A stretch of 64,000 nt of DNA from Cyanobacteria bacterium J06626_4 (GTDB lineage Bacteria > Cyanobacteriota > Cyanobacteriia > Phormidesmidales > Phormidesmidaceae): NCBI GenBank assembly GCA_038523235.1, contig JBCBJQ010000010.1, positions 44,124-108,123 of the forward strand, given 5' to 3'. Every line of letters starts with the position of its first letter. The stretch's first letter is position 1. The position numbers were made by a program, and so were the translations under genes. The notes beneath the pieces are model-generated. The model was given only the letters and a program-made list of their open reading frames with translations, was not told where the DNA came from and made no database searches. This document shows positions 50,595 through 60,300 of this stretch, piece after piece.

Positions 50595-51410
50595 ATGAAA
50601 ATTTCTAATGATCTATCCTACAAGGCCGGCTCTGTAGCCAGAAAAATCAGGGCAAAACTGAAGATGCCTGTGAATCAGAGATTGATTCGATTCACAGGCA
50701 TTCAGCGAACAGGTAATCATGCCCTCATTAACTGGATCATTGCTCAGGAGCAGTTAGAAACTTGCTACATCAACGGAGCTTTTCCAGGAGTCAACCCTTG
50801 GCAAGAAAACTGGGGAATCTCCTACCCTAATTTTCCCTATTGGCCTGAAGAGCGGGATGCCCGAGGAGAACTCGTCGGGAAGGAGCTATTATTAGTTTCT
50901 TATGAAAATCGACCTTTGGATGAGGTCGCTGTGGATCGAGATAACATATCGAAATACATCGGCGTCAGCAAGTCGGATCGCTGTGTCTTAGTGCTGCGAG
51001 ATCCTTACAATACTTTTGCTAGTTGGCTAAAGCGAGACACTCCCGTTACCCAGGCTGTTGTCGATCTCTGGAAAACTTATGCCTACGAGTTCCTCGGCAA
51101 ACAAAATGTTTTAGGGACAAAAGTCTGTATTAGTTTCAATGAATGGTTTTTGAATCGCGACTACCGATGCAAGCTGGCTCAGCAGCTAGGCTTACGCTTT
51201 ACTGATCGGGGTGTCGATGTCGTGAGCCATCATGGGGGCGGTAGTTCTTTCGATGGACAAGCCCTTAAGGGACAAACTAAAAGTATGAAAGTATTGACCC
51301 GCTATCATCATTATTTAGATAATCCTGACTTTAAGGGCATATTTGAGGCTGATCCAGAACTTGAGTACTTGTCTCATGAGATTTTTGGCGAGCTGCCAGC
51401 ACAATCATGA
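50595..51410 (+). CDS. Sulfotransferase-like protein
   Basis: GIQRTGNHAL (5'-PSB-like loop) and LVLRDPYNTFASW (3'-PB-like) motifs; AT-rich. Confidence 0.65.
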   Translation: MKISNDLSYKAGSVARKIRAKLKMPVNQRLIRFTGIQRTGNHALINWIIAQEQLETCYINGAFPGVNPWQENWGISYPNFPYWPEERDARGELVGKELLLVSYENRPLDEVAVDRDNISKYIGVSKSDRCVLVLRDPYNTFASWLKRDTPVTQAVVDLWKTYAYEFLGKQNVLGTKVCISFNEWFLNRDYRCKLAQQLGLRFTDRGVDVVSHHGGGSSFDGQALKGQTKSMKVLTRYHHYLDNPDFKGIFEADPELEYLSHEIFGELPAQS

Positions 51411-51583
51411 TGTTTGAGGGGTCTGAAATCGACCTGAGTAAACTGAAAATTAACCTGGATAGACAAGAACTGTCCATTTCTCCTCAGCTCGACTCAACAC
51501 GCTCGATGAGTCCAAATGTTTTCTCTCTGGTGCATGAGGCTAATTTCTGCAAATGAAGCCGAATTATCCGCAATGATGGAGGG

Positions 51584-54004
51584 ATGGAGACTCAACTGAC
51601 CCCTATTGTTACCTGGTTTGCCCAGCAGCGTTGGCAACCTCTCACTTTTCAGCAGCAGGTCTGGCAAGCCTATCTGTCAGGTGGCAGTGGGCTGATTCAG
51701 GTACCAACGGGCTCTGGCAAAACCTATGCAGCTGTGATGGGACCGATCGCCGAAATGTTGGCGACGCCAGGTGTGGGACTGCAGCTGCTGTATTTAACAC
51801 CGTTACGCGCGCTATCACGAGATATTGAGCAGTCGATTCAGCGCCCAATTCATGAGATGGGCTGGCCCCTGCGGGTAGAATCGCGGACGGGGGATACCAG
51901 TTCGGCTAAGAAGGCGCGGCAGTTGAAGAAGATGCCTGATATTCTCATCACGACACCCGAGTCACTCTCGGTCATGCTGTCTTATCAGGATGGTGCCAAG
52001 CGCTTTCAGCATTTGCGCTGTGTTGTGCTCGATGAATGGCATGAACTGATGAGTTCAAAACGGGGGACCCAGGCCGAACTCGGACTCTCGCGACTCCGTC
52101 AATTTGCTCCGACTCTGCGGACTTGGAGCGTGTCGGCCACGTTGGGTAACTTGACGGAAGCGGCGCAAACAGCGGTAGGGTTGGCGACTGAGCCGGTGAT
52201 TGTGCAATCTGACCTGCAGCGGCAGACGGTGATTCACAGCATTTTGCCGGCGGCGGTGGATAGCTTCCCCTGGGCGGGTCACTTGGGGTTGCGCATGTTT
52301 GAGGAGCTGGTTGAAGCCTTAGATATTAAGAAATCGACGTTGATTTTTACGAATACCCGCACTCAGGCTGAACGCTGGTTTCAAGCCCTGCAGTTTTCCC
52401 TGCCGGAGCACGAAACGCAGATTGCTCTGCACCACGGCTCAATTGATAAGAAAGAGCGCGAGGCGATCGAGGCGGGTGTCAAGCAAGGCGACATCAAATG
52501 GGTGGTCTGTACGTCATCGCTCGATTTAGGCGTCGACTTTCAGCCGGTAGAGCGGGTGGTTCAAATTGGCAGTGCCAAAAACCTGGCGCGACTATTGCAG
52601 CGAGCGGGCCGCTCTGCCCATGTGCCAGAGGGGACGTCAGAAGTCTTCTTCTTACCGACGAATGCCCTCGAGCTATTGGAAATTTCTGCCTTTCGTCGCG
52701 GTTTAGCGGCGGGGGCGATCGAAACCCGTCGACCGCGTAACAAGCCCTACGATGTGCTGGTGCAGCATTTGGTGACCTTGGCCTGTGGCGATGGCTTTGA
52801 CCCAGCGCAAACGCTGGCTGCCGTTCGACAGACTGTGGCCTACCAGCATCTAACGGACGAAGAGTTTAACTGGGTGCTGGCATTTATTGAGAAGGGTGGC
52901 AAATGCTTGGGAGCCTATCCCCGCTATCAAAAGATTCAATTAGCAGCGAATCAGTATCGAGTGGCCGATCCTAAAATCACGCGGATGCACCGGATGGGAA
53001 TTGGCACGATCACGGGCAATCAGGCGGTGAAAATTGTTTACACTAACCGCCGTGAGATTGGGACGGTTGAGGAAAGTTTTGTGTCTCGCTTGAAACCGGG
53101 AGACGTCTTTTTCTTTGCGGGCCGGCAGCTGGAATTCTTTCAGATGAAAGACATGATGGTGTATGTGAAAAACACCCGTCGTCGCTCGACCGTTACGCCC
53201 TCTTGGGGCGGTGGCCAAATCGCGATTTCGGATACGTTGAGCACTCACCTTCGGCGTGAATTAGAAGGGACGCGTCAGCTGGATGCGGAAAACCGCGAGA
53301 TCCACTGCATTGCACCAATTTTGGCCACGCAGGCGCGGCTTTCTCACATTCCCACCACGGCAGAGCTGTTGGTGGAATGTTTTAAAACTCGGGAAGGCCA
53401 GCATCTCTCGGTATTTCCGTTTGAAGGGCGGTTTGTGCATGAGGGCTTAGGTTTTCTCTGGGGCTATCGGTTTGCCCGTCAGCAAACGACAACGTTCACG
53501 ATTTCGGTCAACGATTATGGGTTCGAAATTCTAGCGCCAAAGGGTTATCCGTTTCGATCGCTCTTTTCAGAGTCCTTTTTTAGTCAGCAAAACTTAGAGG
53601 ATGACATCAAGGCCAGCCTCAACATTTCAGAGCTGACCCAGCGCAAATTTCGCGGCGTAGCTCAGGTCGCAGGGCTCGTTTTTAAGGGCTATCCGGGTTC
53701 TCAGAAAACGGCATCGCAACTGCAGGTGAGTTCGTCACTGCTGTATGAAGTGTTTAGCAAATATGAGCCCGATAACTTACTGCTGCGGCAGGCGGAACGA
53801 GAAGTCTTGCAAGAGCAGCTTGAAACCCACCGGTTGGCAAAAACGCTGCAGCAGCTTAGTCAGTTGTCTGTCGTTTGGCAAGAAACGGTGCGGCCATCAC
53901 CCCTGGCGTTTCCGCTATTGGTCGAACGGTGGGGGACGCGGATGTCGAACGAAACCCTGATGGAGCGCATTGAGCGGTTGAAACAACAGTGGTCCAAAAA
54001 GTAA
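51584..54004 (+). CDS. Lhr-core / ligase-associated DNA damage response DEXH helicase
   Basis: PTGSGKT, TPLRAL, DEWHE, SATLGN, HHGS, TSSLDLGVD, QRAGRSAH. Confidence 0.9.
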   Translation: METQLTPIVTWFAQQRWQPLTFQQQVWQAYLSGGSGLIQVPTGSGKTYAAVMGPIAEMLATPGVGLQLLYLTPLRALSRDIEQSIQRPIHEMGWPLRVESRTGDTSSAKKARQLKKMPDILITTPESLSVMLSYQDGAKRFQHLRCVVLDEWHELMSSKRGTQAELGLSRLRQFAPTLRTWSVSATLGNLTEAAQTAVGLATEPVIVQSDLQRQTVIHSILPAAVDSFPWAGHLGLRMFEELVEALDIKKSTLIFTNTRTQAERWFQALQFSLPEHETQIALHHGSIDKKEREAIEAGVKQGDIKWVVCTSSLDLGVDFQPVERVVQIGSAKNLARLLQRAGRSAHVPEGTSEVFFLPTNALELLEISAFRRGLAAGAIETRRPRNKPYDVLVQHLVTLACGDGFDPAQTLAAVRQTVAYQHLTDEEFNWVLAFIEKGGKCLGAYPRYQKIQLAANQYRVADPKITRMHRMGIGTITGNQAVKIVYTNRREIGTVEESFVSRLKPGDVFFFAGRQLEFFQMKDMMVYVKNTRRRSTVTPSWGGGQIAISDTLSTHLRRELEGTRQLDAENREIHCIAPILATQARLSHIPTTAELLVECFKTREGQHLSVFPFEGRFVHEGLGFLWGYRFARQQTTTFTISVNDYGFEILAPKGYPFRSLFSESFFSQQNLEDDIKASLNISELTQRKFRGVAQVAGLVFKGYPGSQKTASQLQVSSSLLYEVFSKYEPDNLLLRQAEREVLQEQLETHRLAKTLQQLSQLSVVWQETVRPSPLAFPLLVERWGTRMSNETLMERIERLKQQWSKK

Positions 54005-54318
54005 TTTGATCAGCGTTGCCATCGTCTTTGTAACGCTGTGCCGAGTCGTCGCTGACAATTGCGGCCAATGGCGGCAGAATGACCGTAGATCACCTTTACT
54101 GCCACGATCACCCAACCGAGACATGGTTTTTGCGGGTGATTTCAGGTTCACAATAACAGTACTTATTTCTGCCTCTCGGCCTTCCTCTTAAATTCGCCTT
54201 GGGAGTGATGTGGTGGCTAGATGGCCTGAGAGACGGGCATTCTTGCTATCAAAGGCTGGGTTCTGTGAGCTTCCCTGGCGCGTTGAGTGCGACTAACTGT
54301 CAACCAAATCCACTGGTT

Positions 54319-57300
54319 ATGATGAACGATCGCTGTTTTGAGCCGCAAACGCCTGCCCTCTTGCAGGCAATCAACCGGCAAGGTCAAATTACTGCGGTCA
54401 GCGATCGCTGGCTAGCTTGGTTGGGATATCAGCGAGCTGAGGTGATTGGGGCCTCGTGGCAAGACTTTTTGACGGAGGCCTCGCGGACACAGCTTATGAA
54501 TAGTCAGCCGGTGCAGCAGTTACCGACACCACCGCTGCAGGATTTGACATGGCAGTGGGTGGCTCGTTCAGGCGCGATCGCGGACGTCACGATGGCGACG
54601 ACTGGCTGTTGGAATGAAGCCGGTGAACTGGATGCCTATGTGATGGGTCTGACCGATATCACAGCAGCATTGCAAATCCAACGCGACCTGGCGGCCTGTC
54701 GAGAGCGCTTAGAACAGCTCGTCAGTGATCACACTGCCGAACTCACCCAGGCTACTCAGCAGCTGCAGCACGAAATCAGTCGCCGGGAAGCGATGGAAAA
54801 TTGCCTGTATCGCAGCGATCAAACTTATCGAGCGAGTTTTGATGCAGCTCCCCTTGGCATTGTTCATACGACGCTGGATTGCCAATTTGAGCGGGCAAAC
54901 GCGCGCTTTTGCGAAATGCTCGGCTACAGCTTAGCTGAAGTCGGCAGCTTGGATGTGCAAACGATTACGCATCCTGAAGATCGCGGCAAGCATGCTTCGG
55001 AGTACGCTCAGCTGCTAGCGAACGACAGTGGCGTGACACATTTCACGGTCGAAAAGCGCTATCGCCGCAAAGATGGCAGTACTCTGTGGGCCAACACCAC
55101 TGTTTCCATCGTGCGCGATGAGGCGGACGCACCGTTGTTTGCGATCGCCATTATTGCTGATATTACTGATTACAAACGGGCTCAGCTCGCCCAGCATGCA
55201 TCAGAAAGACGACTCCAGCTGATTGCAAAAACTGTTAGCGATGTGTTTCGGATTGATGATGCTCGCACTCAGCGCCCCGTCTACAGCAGTCCTAACTTTG
55301 AGCACCTTTGGGGGGTGTCCGCCACCGCGATTGACAATGGGTTTTCAGCGCTGATAGAACAGATTCATCGTGATGACAGAGCTTATTTTCAACATCAAAC
55401 CCAGCGGGCCTTTGCTAGCGTAGAGCCGACTGAATTTGAATTTCGGATTCACCGGGACGGAACCTGGCGGTGGCTATCCCAGCGCTGTTTTCCGGTACTT
55501 GATGAGACAGGCAATCTCTATCAGATTGTGGGCGTTACGCGAGACATTACGCCCCGTAAAATGGCTGAATTAGCTTTACAGCAGTCAGAAGAACGGTTTC
55601 AGTTAATTACTGAGACCATTCAAGATCACTTTTGGATCAATGATGCAGAGACGCTGGCAGTCATTTACAGTAGTCCGAACTTAGACCCGGTGTGGCACAT
55701 TGACCCGGTGCAACAGCACGGTATCGATACTTTAGTTAATCAGGTGCATCCTGACGATCGCGCCGCCTTTCAGGCATTGATTGACTCTTCAGCGATTCGT
55801 ACTGAGCCTCAACAGCGCGAGTATCGAATTTTGCCCTCAGATGGTGAGACACGATGGTTACAGATCCGCACCTATCCTCGGTTTAATGACCAAGGCCAGC
55901 CTCAACAGATTGTCGGCGTGACCACCGATATCACCGAACAGAAGCAGGTTGCTGCCGCCTTACAGCAGTCAGAAGAGCGGTTTCGGTTAATTACTGAGAC
56001 CATTCAAGATGGCTTTTGGATTGATGATGTCAAAACTCAAAAACCGCTTTATAACAGCCCTAGCATCGAAACTATCTACGGTCTCTCAGCTCAAGCGCTC
56101 GCTGAAGATCTGCAGCCCTTAATTGACCGCGTGCATCCTGACGATCGCGACCGGTTTCTCGAAAGTCTTGAGCAGCAGTATCAATGCCCCGAGCCGAGCG
56201 AGCTGCGCTATCGCATTTGTCTCCCCAGTGGTGAAATCCGTTGGCTGCAGGGCAGAGCCTTTCCGTTGATTAACGAGACCGGTGAGTTTGAGCGCGTGGT
56301 TGGCATCACTTCCGATATTACTGAGAGCCAGCTCACCCTGGAAGCGTTGAAACAGTCGGAAGAGCGGTTTCGCCTCTTGGCAGACAATGTGCAGGACGTG
56401 TTTTGGCTCAGAGATGCCGTAACGGCACAGGTGCTCTACATCAGTCCGGCGTTTGAACGCCTATGCCAGATGCCGCTGGCGGCAATTTTGGAAAATCCAC
56501 TGGCGTTTTTAGACCGGGTACATCCTGACGATGTAGCGCAACTGACCGCTAAGATTCAAGCCAGTCTGATGGATCAGCAACCGTTTCAAGCGGAATATCG
56601 CTTGGTGCTACCGGATGGCACGCTGCGTTGGATCAGCGATCGCGGCACCACGATTTTCGACGCAGCGGGCTGCCCCAGCAAAATTGTGGGCATCGCGACA
56701 GATATCACTGAGCGCAAACGAGCCGAGGCCTCACTGAAACAATATGAGCGCATCATTGCTCACAATCCCGATCCAGTGTGTCTGATCAACGCTGACTATA
56801 CATACCGTTTGGTTAATTCCACCTTTCAGGCTTGGACCGGGCTGACGGTGGATCTGACGGGTAAGCATATTGTTGAATTCATTGGGGCGGAATTTTTCAC
56901 CATGGTGGCTAAAGACCGGTTCGATCGCGCCTTGGCTGGTGAGGTTCAGTACTTTGAGGAATGGGCCTTTAATCCCAACCAATCAGCAGCGCGGTTTATC
57001 AGCATTACCTACACGCCCTACTACGAAGATGACGGCACCATTTCTGGCGTCATCAATAGCATTCGCGATTTGACGGCGCTGCAACAAGCCCGCGATCGCT
57101 TGGCCCAAACGACGGAACGGCTGCAGCTGCATATCCAAAACTCACCGCTCGCAGTGATTGAGTGGGATCAAGATCAACGGATTCAAAGCTGGTCAGCTCA
57201 AGCCACCGCGATGTTTGGCTGGTCGGCCACCGCGATGGTGGGGCAGCATGTCAGTGAGGTGCCGCTGTTTCGGCTTGAGCGGTTAAGCGACGTCGAGGCT

Positions 57301-60300
57301 CACATCGAGGCGCTGCGGCAAAATACGACCCATCATCAAACGGTGTTGAGTCGCAACCTCACACGTGAGGGCGATGAAATTTATTGTGAGTGGTTTAACT
57401 CTGCTCTGGTAGATGGCGCCGGGCAGCTCATTTCAATTTTGTCATTCGTGCAGGATGTGACCCAGCGCTATCGCACTCAAACGGCGCTGCAAGCCAGTGA
57501 AGAACGCTGGCAGTTGGCCCTACAGGGAAGCAACGAAGGTATTTGGGATTGGCAGATAGCGACGAGCAAGGTGTTTCACTCGCCGCGCTGGAAGGCGCTT
57601 TTGGGCTTTGAGCCTCACGAACTGGGCGATACTTACGAAACTTGGCACGATCGGATTCATCTTGATGATCAGGCACCAGTGACGGCGGCGATTGCGGCTC
57701 ATTTGCAGCGAGAGACTCCCACCTACTCAGTGGAATATCGCATTCGCCATCGATCAGGTGAATACATTTGGATGTCATCGCGGGGACAAGCAGTGTTCGA
57801 CGCCGCCGGTCAGCCGGTGCGGTTTGTGGGGTCGTCTGGCGACATCAGCGATCGCAAGCAGGCGGAATTGGCCTTGCGATCGTCGCAACAGTTGCTGCAG
57901 CTGGTTTTTGACAATATGCCCCAGCGGGTATTTTGGAAAAATCTCGACGGTCAATTTTTAGGCTGTAACCAAGCCTTTGCCGCGGATATGGGAGAAACCG
58001 GCCCTGTGGCCATTATTGGCAAAACTGATCAGGAACTATCAGCGCTTGATCCTGCTTGTGCTCAAGCCTATCTGGAGCACGATCTAGCCGTTTTAGAGGC
58101 CGGCCAACGCCTAACTCGCGAAGAGCAGCCGCTCTATAGTGACGGAACTTTTCGGTGGGTCTCGACGACAAAATTGCCGTTGCACACCGCCCAGAACGAG
58201 CTGATCGGCGTGTTTGGCAGCTACGAAGACATCACCGAGCGCGTCTTAGCCAGACAGTCACTACAGCGCTACGTCCATATGGTGGAAGCCGCAAAGGATG
58301 GCATTTGCCTGGTCGATACCGACTATCGCTACCAGATTATCAACAGCACTTATCGAGAGTGGTACGGCGATGGCAGTCTACCAATTTTAGGTCAAACCAT
58401 TACTGAGGTGCTGGGGCAAGACACCTTTGAGCAGCGGCTTAAACCTCTGCACGATCGCTGCCTCCGGGGCGAAACGATTCGCTATGCTGACTGGTTCAAC
58501 TTTCCTGATCGGGAGCGCTGCTTTCGTAGCGTCACCATGACCCCCTATGTCGAAAACAACGGCGACATTACGGGCATCGTGACCAGCATTCGCGATCTGA
58601 CGCCGTTCAAGCAGAGTGAACTTAAACAGCAGCAGCTGCTCGAAGATCGCGTGCAGGCAGAAATTGCCCAGCGTCAAAGTGAGGCAAGCTTTAGAGCCCT
58701 CTTCGAGCAGTCTGCCGTGAGCATGGCGCAAATCGCTCTCGACGGTACCTATCTCAAAGTCAATCCAGCGTTTTGTCAGTTGTTGGATTGTCAGGCGGCA
58801 GATTTGCTCAGTGAGCACTACGCCGAATTTATTCACCCGGAAGATCGGGCCACCGCGCGATCGCTGACGGATGAAGTGGCGTCGGGGACCGTGCCATCTC
58901 ACTTAATTGCGCAACGATTTTTGCGGGCGGATGGTGCCAGCCGTCATGTGCAAGCCATGGTGACGGCGGTGCAGGGTCATGCCGACTCGCCGGAATTTTT
59001 GGCCTGTGTCTATAACGATGTGACTGAGCAAGTGATTGCTGAAAAAGCGGTGCGCAACATCTTTGAGGGCACAGCATCCGTCACGGGGGCAGAGTTTTTT
59101 CCTGCCTTGGCCCGCCATCTAGCTGACAGTCTTGGCGTTGATCATATCTTGATCAACCAGCTCACAGACGAGAACACCCTGAGCACACTGGCCTTTTGGA
59201 GTAGCGGTGCACCGCAGCCGACGTTTACCTATGGCCTTTCCGAGACTCCCTGTGAACGAACCCTGGCAGAAGGCTGGTTCTACTGTCCAGAAGATGTGCA
59301 AGTGGCCTTTCCTCATGATGCGGATCTCACTCTTCTAAATGCAGAAAGTTATCTGGGCATTGCTTTGGCTGGGGAAGATGGGCAGGTATTCGGGGAAATT
59401 TGCGCGATTCATAGCCAGCCGATGCAGGACTTTGACAACTCCATGGCGCTGCTGCGTATCTTTGCTGCTCGGGCTAGTGCTGAGTTAGAGCGGCAACGGT
59501 CAAATCAGGCCCTTGTGGCGACTGAGGCTAAATGGCGCAGCATTCTCGACAATATGCCGGTGTTGCTAGATGCCTTGGATAGTGACGGTATCGTCACCCT
59601 ATGGAATCAAGAATGCGAGCGGGTGACCGGGTATAGCGCCAAAGAAGTCGTGGGCAATCCAGAGGCCTTTGCTTGGTTGTATCCCGATACCGCCTATCGT
59701 CAGGAGATGATGAACGCCTGGAAGGAACGCGGTAACAACTACCGTGACTGGGAATGGCCACTGACCTGCAAGGATGGCGGCCAACGTATTATTGCCTGGT
59801 CGACACTGTCTGATTTATTTCCGATTCCTGAATTAGGAGTTTGGTGCGTGGGTGTTGATGTTACTGATCGCCGCCGCGCCGAAGATGCCCTGCGCCGCAG
59901 TGAGTCACGTTTTCAGCGACTCGCAACCAACATGCCGGGCATTATCTATCGCTATCATCGACAGACCGATGGGAGCAATCACTTCAGCTATCTCAGTGCT
60001 GCCTGTCGAGAAATTCTAGAAGTTGAGCCAGAACAAGGTCTGCAAGACAGCGACTTGATTTGGTGCTTGACTCACCCGGCCGATCACCCCCGGCTGGAGG
60101 CCGCGATCGCCAACTCCGCACAGCGACTAATGCCGTTGGCGATCGACTACCGCGTTGTGACCGGCACGAACCAGCTTAAATGGCTGCAAATGATTGCTCG
60201 CCCGGTGCAAGAATCGAATGGTGACTGCCTATGGGATGGCATCATCATCGACATTACCCGTCAAAAAGCGACCCAAGCTGCCCTGCAAGAGAGTGAAGCG

